Assembly (NCBI GenBank): GCA_964585095.1
Contig: CAZPCN010000012.1
Location: 3,430-67,429 of the forward strand
Direction of reading: 5' to 3'
Origin: an uncultured Syntrophaceae bacterium
GTDB taxonomy: Bacteria > Desulfobacterota > Syntrophia > Syntrophales > UBA2192
Length of the DNA: 64,000 nucleotides
The notes under the pieces were generated by a model. That model made no database searches. It saw only the letters and a list, made by a program, of their open reading frames with translations, and was not told where the DNA came from. Made by a program: the position numbers and the translations under genes. Shown here in pieces: positions 39,656 through 52,936 of the stretch. How positions within the stretch are numbered: the first letter of the stretch is position 1; each line of letters starts with the position of its first letter.

Positions 39656-40321
39656 ATGGCAAAAGAAGGGGATTTTCGCAAGATCCTGGTCTTGGCGGCG
39701 GCAGAGATGGGCATCGATCTGCCGGGGGACCGGCTCGCCCTTCTGGAGGCCTACCGCGAGACCCTGCTGCTGTGGAACAGCAAGATGAATCTCGCCTCCC
39801 TGCAGTCCGACCTCGATTTGCCCGTGCGTCATTTCATCGACTCGCTCACCCTGCTCCCCCACCTGCCCCCCGGGCCCGGGAGTCTGCTCGACATCGGCTC
39901 CGGTGCCGGATTTCCGGCGATCCCGATCAGGATTTTTCGCAACGACCTCCATGTCACCCTGCTGGAAGCCTCCCGCAAGAAATGCTCGTTCCTCAAGGAA
40001 CTCTCCCGCAGGCTTGGCCTGCAGGACGTGACCGTTCTCAACTCCCGCCTGGAAGAGCTGTTGAAACAGCCCCAGAGACCCGCCTATGATGTCATTACGT
40101 CCAGGGCGACCCTCAAGCTGCCCGAGCTTGTCCAGAAGGGTCTCCCCCTGTTGAAAAAAGGGGGACTCCTTGCGGCCATGAAGGGTCCCGGTCTCGATGA
40201 GGAGATTGCCGCCCTGGAATCGGTAAAAACGGTAGATTTCCGGGTGGTTGCAAATATTGCACTCTCTCTTCCCCTGACCGGCGACCGCCGTCAGCTCGTG
40301 CTTGTGGATAAACCCTCCTGA
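39656..40321 (+). CDS. rsmG: 16S rRNA m7G527 methyltransferase
   Basis: WNSKMNL, RHFIDSL, LDIGSGAGFPAI, LLEASRKK, TSRA, AMKG. Confidence 0.95.
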   Translation: MAKEGDFRKILVLAAAEMGIDLPGDRLALLEAYRETLLLWNSKMNLASLQSDLDLPVRHFIDSLTLLPHLPPGPGSLLDIGSGAGFPAIPIRIFRNDLHVTLLEASRKKCSFLKELSRRLGLQDVTVLNSRLEELLKQPQRPAYDVITSRATLKLPELVQKGLPLLKKGGLLAAMKGPGLDEEIAALESVKTVDFRVVANIALSLPLTGDRRQLVLVDKPS

Positions 40322-40471
40322 ACCGGCAAATCACAGAAGCATAAATGATTGATTTCTCAAGTTAATTTTGTTTTCCGTCCCCGCCAAAAATTCCTTTGAA
40401 AAACCCCTTTTTTGTGCTAGCATCGACCAATTTCATCCAACCGGCAAAACATCCTGTTTCTGCGATACAGC

Positions 40472-41242
40472 ATGCGAAAAATTATATGTATTGCCAATCA
40501 GAAGGGAGGGGTCGGAAAGACCACGACAGCCATCAATCTGTCCTCGTCCCTCGCCACGGCGGAGAAAAGAGTCCTGCTCATCGACGGAGACCCCCAGGGC
40601 AATACAACGAGCGGGATGGGAATAGACAAGGCATCGATTGAAAACAGGAATCTTTACCATGCCCTCATCGGGCGATGCAGCCTCGAGGAAGTCATCGTCA
40701 AGACCCAGATCCCGACGCTCGACGTGGCCCCCTCGAACCAGGACCTCGTCGGCGTGGAAATCGAGTTCGTGTCCCTCGAGGAGCGGGAAAAGAAGCTCAG
40801 GGCCCTGCTGGCCGGACTGCAGACACCCTATGACTACTGTATCATCGACTGCCCGCCGTCACTGGGCTTTCTGACGCTCAACGCGCTCGTGGCGTCGGAC
40901 TACGTGATCATCCCGCTGCAGTGCGAGTATTTTGCCCTCGAGGGGCTCGCGCACCTGTTGAACACGGTCAAGCTCGTACGCTCCAGGATGAACCCGTCGC
41001 TTTCCCTCGGCGGGATCCTGCTCACCATGTTCGACGTTCGAAACCGTCTTTCTCACAGGGTCGTCGAGGAAGTGCGAAACCACTTCGGCGGCAAGGTGTT
41101 CAAAACGGTCATTCCGCGCAATGTCCGGATCTCGGAGAGCCCCAGCCACGGGCTCCCGATCATTCTCTACGACGTGAAGTCCCGCGGGGCCGTGGCCTAC
41201 ATGGATCTGGCCCACGAAATCCTCTACGACGGGAGAGCTTAG
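40472..41242 (+). CDS. parA: Chromosome partitioning ATPase ParA/Soj
   Basis: IANQKGGVGKTTT, DGDPQGN, IDCPPSLG, PLQCEYFALEG, IPRNVRISESPSHG. Confidence 0.97.
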   Translation: MRKIICIANQKGGVGKTTTAINLSSSLATAEKRVLLIDGDPQGNTTSGMGIDKASIENRNLYHALIGRCSLEEVIVKTQIPTLDVAPSNQDLVGVEIEFVSLEEREKKLRALLAGLQTPYDYCIIDCPPSLGFLTLNALVASDYVIIPLQCEYFALEGLAHLLNTVKLVRSRMNPSLSLGGILLTMFDVRNRLSHRVVEEVRNHFGGKVFKTVIPRNVRISESPSHGLPIILYDVKSRGAVAYMDLAHEILYDGRA

Positions 41243-41243
41243 G

Positions 41244-42092
41244 ATGATCAAGAAGAACTCGCTTGGAAAAGGCCTCGGCGCCATGTTTCCGGACCTTCTC
41301 GAGAAGATCGGGGACAAGCCGGTCCTGATGACCTGCGCCATCGAGGAGCTGGTTCCGAACCGCTACCAGGCGAGGAAGGACTTCGATCCCCAGGAGCACA
41401 AGAGCCTCGTCACCTCCATCCGTGAGAGCGGGATCATCCAGCCGATCGTGGCAAGAAAGTTCGACGGCGGCTACGAGATCATCGCCGGGGAGCGGCGCTG
41501 GCGGGCCGCCCAGGAGGCCGGCCTCAAGAGCGTGCCGGTCATCGTGCGGGACGCAGCCGACCAGGATGCCGCCATTTTCTCGCTCATCGAAAACCTCCTG
41601 AGAGCCAATCTCAACCCTCTCGAGGAGGCCGAGGCGTTTCACCGGCTCATCCACGAGTTCGGCCTGTCCCACGAGGCCCTGTCCACAACCGTCGGCAAGG
41701 ACCGATCCACGGTGACCAACGCCCTTCGGCTGCTGAAGCTGCCGAAGGAAATCCGCGATGCCATTTCGAGAAAAACCCTCTCGGCGGGCCACGCAAGGGC
41801 CATTCTCGCGCTTGAAACGGTAGAAGAACAGAACCGTCTCTTCAAGACGATCCTCTCCAAGGGCCTCAACGTGAGGGAAGCCGAGGCGTTTGCGCGGGGA
41901 AAAAAGAAGGCAAAGCCCGCCGCGAAGACACCCGGCCACGACGAGCATCTGGCAGAGCTGGAGAAGCGTCTTGCCAGGCGGCTCATGACAAGGGTTCACA
42001 TCCACACCAGGAAGCGGGGAGGAGCCATCGAAATCCGTTTCGGCTCCGCCGATGAGCTCGACCGGTTGCTCGACGTCCTGCTGAGGTCATGA
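41244..42092 (+). CDS. parB: Chromosome partitioning protein ParB/Spo0J
   Basis: LGKGLGA, PNRYQAR, GIIQPI, IIAGERRWRAA, IENLLRANLNPLEEA, GKDRSTVTNALRLL. Confidence 0.97.
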   Translation: MIKKNSLGKGLGAMFPDLLEKIGDKPVLMTCAIEELVPNRYQARKDFDPQEHKSLVTSIRESGIIQPIVARKFDGGYEIIAGERRWRAAQEAGLKSVPVIVRDAADQDAAIFSLIENLLRANLNPLEEAEAFHRLIHEFGLSHEALSTTVGKDRSTVTNALRLLKLPKEIRDAISRKTLSAGHARAILALETVEEQNRLFKTILSKGLNVREAEAFARGKKKAKPAAKTPGHDEHLAELEKRLARRLMTRVHIHTRKRGGAIEIRFGSADELDRLLDVLLRS

Positions 42093-42217
42093 AAAAAGCT
42101 GAGGAAACACTGTACGTCAGTTTTTCCCTGAATCATTGCAAATTGATGGAACCGGGAGAGTTCTTTAGTTCCAGATATCAACAAATGTTTACACACTGTT
42201 TATAGGGAAGGGAAAAA

Positions 42218-43570
42218 TTGCAATACTTCTGGAATAAAAGCGTTGATATCATAAAAGAAAAGGTGACGAAGCAAAATTTCGACACCTGGATCAGCCCCGT
42301 GAGAATCCTTTCTCTGGAGGCCTCCGGAGTCGAGCTCTCGGTCCCGAACCGCTTTTTCAGGGACTGGCTGACGGACCATTTCATGGATATCATCAAGGAG
42401 TCGGTGTCTTCTGTGGCCGGGGTTCCCATGACCGTCCGTTTCAACATCGACAAGGTCCCCATCCAGGGCAAGCCCGCCGTTTCAGAGCCCGTTCCCGCAG
42501 AGCGACTGAAAAGCCTCGAACAGACGGAAATCACGAACAAGATTCACCCGTCACTCAACCCGAATTACAACTTCGAGCGTTTCGTCGTCGGTCCCAGCAA
42601 CCAGTTCGCTCATGCTGCGGCGGTCGCTGTCGCGGAGGCGCCAGCGAAGAACTACAACCCGCTGTTCATCTATGGCGGGGTTGGACTCGGCAAGACGCAT
42701 CTCCTGAACGCCATCGGCCTCCACACGTTCAGGCTCATACCCTCGGCCAACATCCTCTACGTCTCGGCCGAGGAGTTCATGAATGAGATGATCAACTCGA
42801 TCCGTTACGACAAGATGCAGAAATTCAGGGAGAAATACAGGAACATAGACTCCCTGCTCATCGACGACATCCAGTTCATTGCCGGAAAGGAAAGGACCCA
42901 GGAGGAGTTTTTCCACACCTTCAACACGCTGCACGATTCGGGCAAGCAGATCGTCGTGACGAGCGACAAGTTCCCGAAGGACATTCCGAATCTGGAAGGG
43001 CGTCTCCGTTCACGGTTCGAGTGGGGTCTCATCGCGGACATACAGCCTCCCGAAATCGAAACGAAGGTTGCCATCGTAGACAAGAAGGCGCAGGAAAACA
43101 ACATTTCCCTTCCCAAGAATGTGGCGTACTATATCGCCTCGAAGGCGGAGTCGAACATTCGCGAACTTGAGGGATTCATCATCCGCATCGGCGCCTACGC
43201 GTCGCTGACGGGGCGGGAAATTGACATGGATCTCGTCAAGGAAGTGCTGAAAAAATTCTTCAAACAGGGCGAAAAGCCCGAGGTGACCGTCGACGAGATC
43301 ATGAAAACGGTGGCTGCAAAATTCAACATCAGAATCGCGGATTTGAAATCGCAGAAAAAGAACAAGAACCTCGTGATCCCCCGGCAGATTGCCATGTATC
43401 TTGCAAGAAGGCTCACCTCCCATTCGTTCCCGGATATCGGTGCGAAGATAGGCGGGAAGGATCACTCGACGGTCATTTACGCAAACAACAAGATCAAGGA
43501 CCTTTTGGAAAAGGATCCGAAGATCGAGGTCGTTGTTCGGGAAATTGAAGAGAGTCTCAACAGGCACTGA
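42218..43570 (+). CDS. dnaA: Chromosomal replication initiator DnaA (TTG start)
   Basis: NFERFVVGPSN, NPLFIYGGVGLGKTHL, LLIDDIQF, RLRSRFEWGL, NIRELEG, RQIAMYL, GGKDHSTV. Confidence 0.98.
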   Translation: MQYFWNKSVDIIKEKVTKQNFDTWISPVRILSLEASGVELSVPNRFFRDWLTDHFMDIIKESVSSVAGVPMTVRFNIDKVPIQGKPAVSEPVPAERLKSLEQTEITNKIHPSLNPNYNFERFVVGPSNQFAHAAAVAVAEAPAKNYNPLFIYGGVGLGKTHLLNAIGLHTFRLIPSANILYVSAEEFMNEMINSIRYDKMQKFREKYRNIDSLLIDDIQFIAGKERTQEEFFHTFNTLHDSGKQIVVTSDKFPKDIPNLEGRLRSRFEWGLIADIQPPEIETKVAIVDKKAQENNISLPKNVAYYIASKAESNIRELEGFIIRIGAYASLTGREIDMDLVKEVLKKFFKQGEKPEVTVDEIMKTVAAKFNIRIADLKSQKKNKNLVIPRQIAMYLARRLTSHSFPDIGAKIGGKDHSTVIYANNKIKDLLEKDPKIEVVVREIEESLNRH

Positions 43571-43799
43571 CAGGGATGTCAACGGTCGATCTACAGGGAA
43601 CATCGAGGCAATCCGGTGTTTGGAAACGGGAATCGAAGTTGTTCACATATGAACAGACCCTATTACGAGTAATCCTGTCTTTCCTCTTTTTGTTATTAAG
43701 TTAGAGTAAATAGGACCTGTGGGATGTGTGGAAAGAGCGGGAATGGGACAGGCCTTGAGGTGAGCCACCGAAAACAAGTGATGGAAAGGAAACGGGCTT
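43571..43799. other. oriC: Replication origin oriC (dnaA-dnaN intergenic)
   Basis: DnaA-box-like TTGTTCACA (43639), TATGAACAG, TGTGGGATG (43718), TGTGGAAAG (43727); trio-like CTA-TTA-CGA-GTA; AT-rich core 43676-43712. Confidence 0.8.
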
Positions 43800-44921
43800 A
43801 TGGAATTCAGTGTGAAGCGTGACGTTTTCCTGGGCGGTGTTCAGAGGACTCTGGGTATTGTGGACAGGCGCACGTCGATGCCGGTGCTGAACAATGTTCT
43901 CATCCGGGCCGAGTCCGAACGGATCCGCATCGTGGCGACGGACCGGGAAATCGGTCTCATTGCGGACTACGAGGCGAAGGTCATCAAGGACGGCGAGATC
44001 ACGCTTCCGGCCCGCAAGCTCTACGAGATGATCCGGGAAATCCAGGGCGAGGAGGTTCTCTTCAAGAAAGAGGATTCGAACTGGGTGGCGATCACTTGCG
44101 GGAAGGTCAACTTCCGGGTTCCCGGCATCCCGGCGGAGGAATTTCCGAAGATCATGGACGACGAGGAAGTTGGGTTCATCCGAATCGACGGGGCCATGAT
44201 CAGCGACATGATCAAGAAGACCTACTTCGCCATGTCCACCGACGAATCGCGGGTCAACCTCAACGGGGTCTACCTGAAGGCGGAACAGGAGCCGTCGGGA
44301 GGGGTTATCATGCGCATGGTGGCGACCGACGGACACCGCCTCTCCATCGTGGGCGCCGACCCGAAGGTGGAGCAGGTCATGGAACTCGACAAGGGAATGA
44401 TCATCCCCCGGAAAGGAATCACCGAAATCCGGCGTCTTGTCGAGGACAAGGAAGGCTCCGTCGAGATCGGGGTGAAGAAGGGGATGTGCGTGCTGAAGAA
44501 GGACGGCATCATCCTGAAAGTGAGCCTCATCGACGCCGAGTTCCCCGATTACAAGCGCGTCGTCCCGAAGGACAAGGGCACCGTGGTCGAACTGGAACGC
44601 GCGGCGGTTCTCCACGCGCTTCGCAGGATGAGCGTCATGGCCAGCGAGCGCTACAACGGCGTCCGGATCAAATTGCTGACGGACAAGATGGTCTTCAACT
44701 CCATCAACCCCGATGTGGGCGAGGCCAGCGAGGAAGTGGAGATCCAGTACCAGGAAGGCGACGTCGAGGTGGGTTTCAACGTCCGTTACCTCCTGGAGGC
44801 CATCGAGGCCGTCGACGAGGAAAAGTTCACCCTGGAGATCCGCAGCGGCCTCAGGCCCGCCATGGTCAGGCCGGCGCAGGATCCGAGCTACATGTGCATC
44901 GTCATGCCATTAAAGATTTAG
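43800..44921 (+). CDS. dnaN: DNA polymerase III beta sliding clamp
   Basis: MPVLNNVL, VATDREI, TLPARKL, AMSTDESRVNLNG, VATDGHRL, EFPDYKRV, GFNVRYL, IVMPLK. Confidence 0.97.
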   Translation: MEFSVKRDVFLGGVQRTLGIVDRRTSMPVLNNVLIRAESERIRIVATDREIGLIADYEAKVIKDGEITLPARKLYEMIREIQGEEVLFKKEDSNWVAITCGKVNFRVPGIPAEEFPKIMDDEEVGFIRIDGAMISDMIKKTYFAMSTDESRVNLNGVYLKAEQEPSGGVIMRMVATDGHRLSIVGADPKVEQVMELDKGMIIPRKGITEIRRLVEDKEGSVEIGVKKGMCVLKKDGIILKVSLIDAEFPDYKRVVPKDKGTVVELERAAVLHALRRMSVMASERYNGVRIKLLTDKMVFNSINPDVGEASEEVEIQYQEGDVEVGFNVRYLLEAIEAVDEEKFTLEIRSGLRPAMVRPAQDPSYMCIVMPLKI

Positions 44922-44960
44922 CAGCAAGCCGCAAGCAACAAGGCAAAGAAGGAGTCGTGA

Positions 44961-47387
<2,427 letters not shown>

Positions 47388-47420
47388 GCGACCCGGTGAC
47401 CGGCGGCGCGTCCGGCCAAC

Positions 47421-47525
47421 GGAGAAGGTAAGAAGGTGAGAGGGTAAGAACGTTGGATGAGTCGGTGGCCGAAGTCATGCCCCCCGCTTCTCCAACCTTC
47501 TCACCTTCGTACCCTCTTACCCTCT
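47421..47525. repeat. Octamer inverted-repeat element
   Basis: GGTAAGAA-GGTGAGAG-GGTAAGAA-CGTTGGAT ... TTCTCCAACC-TTCTCACC-TTCGTACC-CTCTTACC. Confidence 0.78.
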
Positions 47526-47667
47526 ATCCGTCAGGGGGCCTTGCACCCGGGCATTTTTGACCAGCCCGAAAAAGAGGAGTGACACGAATCTGCCGGACGG
47601 CAGATCATCCTTTCAGCTCCCCCCACGGAAGGGGGGAATTTTGTTTCCCGAAGGAGAGTCTTTTTTC

Positions 47668-50166
47668 ATGGAGCTCTATCAGAAGAACATCCCGGTGAAC
47701 ATCGAAGACGAGATGAAGAAGTCCTACATGGACTACGCCATGAGCGTCATCATCGGGCGGGCCATACCGGACGTGCGCGACGGGCTCAAGCCCGTCCACC
47801 GGCGCGCGCTGTTCGCCATGCACGAGATGGGCAACCGCTGGAACCGGCCCTACAAGAAGTCGGCCCGCATCGTCGGCGACATCATCGGTAAGTATCACCC
47901 CCACGGCGATTCCGCCGCCTACGACACGATCGTGCGCATGGCGCAGGACTTCTCGCTTCGCTACCCGCTCGTCGACGGCCAGGGCAATTTCGGCTCCATC
48001 GACGGCGACCCGCCGGCGGCCATGCGATACACGGAGATCCGGATGTCCCGGATCGCCGAGGAGCTGCTGGAGGACCTCGAGAAGAACACCGTCGACTTCG
48101 CTCCCAACTACGACGGCTCCATGGAGGAGCCCGTGGTGCTGCCCTCGAGGCTGCCCATGCTGTTGCTGAACGGCACCTCGGGCATCGCCGTCGGTGTCGC
48201 CACCAACATCCCGCCCCACAACCTGGGCGAGATCGTCGACGGCACGGTGGCCCTCATCCGCAACCCGGAGATCCCCGTCGAGGGGCTCATGAAGCACATC
48301 CAGGGGCCCGACTTCCCCACGGCCGGCTTCATCAACGGCCGCGACGGGATCCTGTCGGCCTACCGCACGGGCCGGGGCACCGTGCGCATCCGCGCGCGGG
48401 CCATGGTGGAGCGCGCCAACCGCACCGACCGGGAGAGCATCGTCATCACCCAGCTGCCCTACCTCGTGAACAAGGCGAGCCTCATCGAGAAGATCTCGGA
48501 CCTCGTCAAGGAGCGCAAGATCGAGGGCATCGCCGACCTGCGCGACGAGTCGGACCGCGACGGGATTCGCATCGTCATCGACCTCAAGCGCGACGAGGTA
48601 TCGGGGGTCATCCTCAACCAGCTCTTCAAGCACACCCAGATGGAGAGCTCCTTCGGGATCAGCATGCTCGCCATCGACGCCGGCCAGCCGCGCGTCATGA
48701 ACCTCAAGGATGTGCTCCAGCGCTTTGTCGATTTCCGCAAGATCGTCGTCACCCGCAGGACGATCTTCGAGCTCAACAAGGCCAGCGAGCGGGCCCACAT
48801 CCTGGCAGGGCTCATCACGGCCCTGGACAACATCGACGCCGTCGTGGCCCTGATCAAGGCCTCCGAGACCCCTCAGGCGGCGGCCGAAGGGCTCATGACG
48901 AAGTTCGGTCTCTCCGAGGCGCAGGCCAAGGCGATTCTGGAGATGCGCCTGCAGCGGCTCACGGGGCTCGAACGCGGGAAGATCCTCGCGGAGCACGCCG
49001 AGCTCACGGAACTCATCGCGAAGCTCAAGGGCGTTCTCGAGGACCCCCAGAAGGTCCTGGACATCATCGTGGAGGAGCTCCTGGACTCGAAGAAACGCTT
49101 CGGCGACGAGCGCCGCACGGAGATCGTCGAGTCGACGGAGGACATCAACATCGAGGACATGATCGTCGAGGAGGACATGGTCGTCACCGTGTCCCACCAG
49201 GGCTACATCAAGCGCAACGCCGCAAGCCTCTACCGGATCCAGCGCCGCGGCGGCAAGGGCAAGATGGGCATGACCACGAAGGAAGAGGATTTCGTGGAGC
49301 ACATCTTCATCGCCTCGACGCACCACTACATCCTCATCTTCACGAACCAGGGGCGCGTCTACTGGCTCAAGGTCTACCAGATCCCGCAGGCGGGACGCGC
49401 CGCCAAGGGCAAGGCCATCGTGAACCTCGTCAACATGAACCCCGGCGAGAAGGTGGCCGCCATCCTGCCCGTGCGGGCCTTCGAGGAGAACAAGTTCGTC
49501 GTCATGGCCACGAAGAAGGGCATCATCAAGAAGACGGAGCTTTCCGCCTACTCCAACCCCCGCACCGGCGGCATCATCGCCATCAACGTCGAGGCGGGCG
49601 ACGAGCTGATGGACGTCAAGCAGACCAACGGGACCCAGGAGCTCTTCATGGGCACCCGCAAGGGCATGGCCATCCGCTTCAAGGAGGAGGATGTGCGGGC
49701 CATGGGCCGGACGGCCACGGGGGTCATCGGGATCCGGATGGACGAGGACGATCACGTGGTGGGCATGGAGATCCTCACCGAGGGCAACTCCATCATGACC
49801 GTCTCCGAGCGGGGCTATGGCAAGCGCACCGAGATCGAGGAGTACCGGCTCCAGAGCCGCGGCGGCAAAGGGATCCTGAATCTCAAGACCACCCCGCGGA
49901 TCGGTCTCGTCTCGGGCATCCGCCAGGTGACGGGAAACGAGGACCTGATGCTCATCAGCGACTCGGGCAACATCATCCGCATCCGCGTCGGCGAAGTCCC
50001 CGTGCTGCATCGCGTCACCCAGGGCGTCAAGCTCATCGATCTCGCGGAAGGCGAGAACTTCTCCGGCATCGCCCGGGTGGAGCGCGAAACCGAGGCGAAG
50101 AACGGGGACGATGCCGCCGAGGACGAGACGCTCTTCGACGCGGAGGACAACGGCGGCGAGGCCTGA
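47668..50166 (+). CDS. gyrA: DNA gyrase subunit A
   Basis: [35 protein letters not shown], GyrA box QRRGGKG, beta-pinwheel repeats. Confidence 0.98.
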   Translation: MELYQKNIPVNIEDEMKKSYMDYAMSVIIGRAIPDVRDGLKPVHRRALFAMHEMGNRWNRPYKKSARIVGDIIGKYHPHGDSAAYDTIVRMAQDFSLRYPLVDGQGNFGSIDGDPPAAMRYTEIRMSRIAEELLEDLEKNTVDFAPNYDGSMEEPVVLPSRLPMLLLNGTSGIAVGVATNIPPHNLGEIVDGTVALIRNPEIPVEGLMKHIQGPDFPTAGFINGRDGILSAYRTGRGTVRIRARAMVERANRTDRESIVITQLPYLVNKASLIEKISDLVKERKIEGIADLRDESDRDGIRIVIDLKRDEVSGVILNQLFKHTQMESSFGISMLAIDAGQPRVMNLKDVLQRFVDFRKIVVTRRTIFELNKASERAHILAGLITALDNIDAVVALIKASETPQAAAEGLMTKFGLSEAQAKAILEMRLQRLTGLERGKILAEHAELTELIAKLKGVLEDPQKVLDIIVEELLDSKKRFGDERRTEIVESTEDINIEDMIVEEDMVVTVSHQGYIKRNAASLYRIQRRGGKGKMGMTTKEEDFVEHIFIASTHHYILIFTNQGRVYWLKVYQIPQAGRAAKGKAIVNLVNMNPGEKVAAILPVRAFEENKFVVMATKKGIIKKTELSAYSNPRTGGIIAINVEAGDELMDVKQTNGTQELFMGTRKGMAIRFKEEDVRAMGRTATGVIGIRMDEDDHVVGMEILTEGNSIMTVSERGYGKRTEIEEYRLQSRGGKGILNLKTTPRIGLVSGIRQVTGNEDLMLISDSGNIIRIRVGEVPVLHRVTQGVKLIDLAEGENFSGIARVERETEAKNGDDAAEDETLFDAEDNGGEA

Positions 50167-50212
50167 TCCCGCAGTCCGGGGCGCCTCCGATTTCGGACAG
50201 GAGTGATCGAAG

Positions 50213-50698
50213 ATGGATTTCAAGTACCTGCAGGATTTTTTCTGGCCCGCCATCAAGGACCTGGAATCGGCGAAGAAGGCAGCCGAGCAGGGGTTCATGG
50301 CGGCCGTTCTTTACTTGATCCTTTCCTTCGGGGTCATTCTCTCCGCCCAGCCCCAGAAACTGCTGGACGTCCTCGTTGTGGCGCTCTGCGGCTACCTTGC
50401 GAAGAGGAAGCAATCCCGCATCGCGGCGGTCCTCGGGGCCCTCATGATGGCGCCGGAAGTCCTCTTCTCTTTGCAGGGAGGAGACATGCTGCGCATTCTG
50501 ACGGCCGGCATCCTGATGCTGCTGTTCGTCAACTCCGTCCGGGGGACGTTTATGTACCCGCGGTACGCGAAGGCGGCTCAGCCCCGCCCGACGGTGGAAG
50601 TTCTGCCGCCGGAGCCGCCTGCGGCGGCCCCCGAGACCCAGGGGCAGGCAGGCGAAGAGCAAAAGGCCGGAAGCGGGGACGATCGGGCGAAGCCGTAA
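50213..50698 (+). CDS. Hypothetical membrane protein (about 4 TM, low-complexity tail)
   Basis: Hydrophobic segments, SRIAAVLG, LFVNSVRGTF; AGGAG RBS. Confidence 0.75.
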   Translation: MDFKYLQDFFWPAIKDLESAKKAAEQGFMAAVLYLILSFGVILSAQPQKLLDVLVVALCGYLAKRKQSRIAAVLGALMMAPEVLFSLQGGDMLRILTAGILMLLFVNSVRGTFMYPRYAKAAQPRPTVEVLPPEPPAAAPETQGQAGEEQKAGSGDDRAKP

Positions 50699-50751
50699 GC
50701 CGGCTCGAGCACCCCCCTTGCGCACGCAGGGCAAGGGGAAACGTCGGAAAG

Positions 50752-50785
50752 AAAAAAACCGCCGTATCACTCCGGCGGTTTTTTC
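50752..50785. terminator. Bidirectional intrinsic terminator
   Basis: AAAAAAACCGCCG-TATCACTC-CGGCGGTTTTTTC between convergent genes. Confidence 0.85.
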
Positions 50786-50793
50786 GTCCCGGC

Positions 50794-52776
50794 TCAATGC
50801 GGCTGGATCTTGCCGCGAACCTTCGCCCCCGGCAGGACCGTGGAGGGTACGGTCGGCCGGCTTACCCAGTTCGTCGTGTCAAGGGTGAAGGCCCGGCTCG
50901 TGTAGATCATGTAGCTGCGGCCGAACTCGATTGTCTTGAGGTTGCCGGCGGTCTTCGGCTTTGCCAGGATGAGGAACTGCATCGGCCGGTCGAAGCTGAA
51001 GATGAGTCCCACGTAGGGGTTGCCCGCGTACGGCCCGAACACGGCGTTGACGGAGCGGTCCCCGGCGGGGAGCTTGTCGAACCGGACCGTGTTGTAGCCC
51101 TTGCGGAAGGCGATCGAGGTCGGGACGACGATCTTCTCCATGTAGGAGACCGGGACGGCGGCGGGGGCGGCCTCCGAGACCTCCACGACATCGGGGTCCA
51201 CCTGTGCGCGGTAGCCGATCTTGAGTTTGTGGATGAAATACTTGCCCGCCTTCGAGACCTGCGAGGCGAACCTTCCCGCCGAGTCGGTGGTGTAGTCGCC
51301 CAGGACCTGCCCGAGTTCGTCCTTCACGGTGATGCTGACGCCCTCCAGCCCAGCGCCCTGCGGGAGTTCCTGCACGGTGCCGTTGATGAAGAACTCCGTC
51401 ACGGGACGCGGGACGGCCCCGTCCGGACCGTACTTGATAAGGACGGCATCCCAGAGGCCGAGGGACGGCCCGCTCATGGCACCGGCGGTCAGAGCGGCTA
51501 CATAAACGGCCCCTGTCGGGTCCAGGGCGATCCCGTAACCCCAATCCAGATCCGCCGTGCCGGTCAGGCGGGTATAGACCCTGCGGCCGTCCTCCGGTGC
51601 GAGACGGGACAGGAAAATATCGGCTCTGCCGAGAGGCGTCTGCCCGTCCAGTCCCCTGCCCGAGGCGGAGGGTTCCGTGACCCCGGTGACGTAGATGCTC
51701 CCTTCGGCGTCGACGGCGACCCCGTGGGCGGTGTCATGACCGTCCGTGCCGTATTGGTGTGTCCAGAGCAAAGCCAGGTTTCGATCGAATTTCGCGAGAA
51801 TGATGTCGTCGGCACCCGACGAGGTGTTTCCTTCGAAGTTTCCCTGCGTGGAGCCGGCGACGATGACGTTCCGGCTTCTGTCCACGGCGATGGCCAGCCC
51901 CTGGTCTTTATCGCTTCCCTTGTTCGGACCGCCCAGGGTCACCGTCGCCAGGGGCTCAAAATCGTAACTGAACTTGGCGACAAACAGCGACCCCTGCAGG
52001 TTGCCGGAAACGAGACCGGTGACGAACACGTTGGAGAAGCTGTTCGGGGATTCGACAGCCACCGCGTAAGCCGCAGTGCCTGTCGGGTTGGAAGCGACAT
52101 TGAACTGGGTCACCCAGTTCATCCAGTCCCCCTCGGAACTGAGCCGCATAAGAAAAGCTTCCGGAGTGGAGCGGGTGACCGCGGAGCTGCCGAATGTCCC
52201 GGTCGTCGATCCGGCCAGATAGATCATGCTGCTGGCGTCGGTTGCGATCCCGTTTGCGTAATCGTTTCCAGGTGTCCCGTGCTGCTTGATCCAGTTGACC
52301 GTCCCGCTGGCGGGATGGATCTTCGCCACAAAGATGTCCGTCGTGCCCTCGGCACCGGCGTTTGCATTCCGCCAGCCCTGCATCCCTCCGGGCATGGCCC
52401 CCTTCGTCCAGCCCGTCACATAAAGGGTGAGAAAGCCGGACGGCGATCCCAGGGCAACCCCCCCGATATTGTCTTCCGCCGATGAGCCGAATTGGCTGAC
52501 CCAGAGCAGCGCGCCGGAGGGATCGAACTTTGCGACGAAGATGTCCGTGCTCCCGCTGTTCGTGTTCGGCGTGGCCGGTGCCGGTGCGCTGAAAGCACCC
52601 ATGGTCATGCCTGCCACATAGACATTCCCCTCGGAGTCGGTCACGGTTTTCATCGCATAGTCGTAGTTGTCCGAGCCGAACTGCTTGATGTACAGCGGCG
52701 CGGTCTGGGCAAGAGCGGACGATGCGGCCAACAGCGCGAGCAGAACAACGGCCAGGACGATGGTGCGGGTTTTCAT
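50794..52776 (-). CDS. Secreted SBBP-repeat beta-propeller protein with C-terminal beta-sandwich domains
   Basis: Signal peptide MKTRTIVLAVVLLALLAASSALA; repeats DSEGNVYVAG, DASSMIYLAG, DRSRNVIVAG, DAEGSIYVTG, DPTGAVYVAA with DIFVAKF; then GTV...LEGVSITV...TTDSAGRF. Confidence 0.85.
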   Translation of the reverse strand: MKTRTIVLAVVLLALLAASSALAQTAPLYIKQFGSDNYDYAMKTVTDSEGNVYVAGMTMGAFSAPAPATPNTNSGSTDIFVAKFDPSGALLWVSQFGSSAEDNIGGVALGSPSGFLTLYVTGWTKGAMPGGMQGWRNANAGAEGTTDIFVAKIHPASGTVNWIKQHGTPGNDYANGIATDASSMIYLAGSTTGTFGSSAVTRSTPEAFLMRLSSEGDWMNWVTQFNVASNPTGTAAYAVAVESPNSFSNVFVTGLVSGNLQGSLFVAKFSYDFEPLATVTLGGPNKGSDKDQGLAIAVDRSRNVIVAGSTQGNFEGNTSSGADDIILAKFDRNLALLWTHQYGTDGHDTAHGVAVDAEGSIYVTGVTEPSASGRGLDGQTPLGRADIFLSRLAPEDGRRVYTRLTGTADLDWGYGIALDPTGAVYVAALTAGAMSGPSLGLWDAVLIKYGPDGAVPRPVTEFFINGTVQELPQGAGLEGVSITVKDELGQVLGDYTTDSAGRFASQVSKAGKYFIHKLKIGYRAQVDPDVVEVSEAAPAAVPVSYMEKIVVPTSIAFRKGYNTVRFDKLPAGDRSVNAVFGPYAGNPYVGLIFSFDRPMQFLILAKPKTAGNLKTIEFGRSYMIYTSRAFTLDTTNWVSRPTVPSTVLPGAKVRGKIQPH

Positions 52777-52936
52777 GGCTTCCCTCCTGAGGCGCCCAGC
52801 GGCTCCATGACGAGCGGGTGTGCGGGTGGTCACGACGGGAACGGGGCATTCATGCGGGAAAGGATCGGGGATGCGAGGCGGGGCGCCGGAGGCAGCCCCC
52901 GGGCCCGGGCGTCCGGGATCGGTCGGCTGCTCGGCT

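Noticed and set aside
37549-39714. 721-aa ORF suggesting an N-terminally extended or fused alcohol dehydrogenase
   Set aside because: The extension overlaps trmJ in another frame and reads as non-protein-like; the ADH begins at MQKTFSF (38706) after a GGAGG RBS.
47605-50298. 897-aa antisense ORF, and similar long shadow ORFs over dnaX, gcv, kamA, tolC and the fusion gene
   Set aside because: Antisense or alternate-frame openness is expected from high GC3 codon bias; no motifs or RBS.
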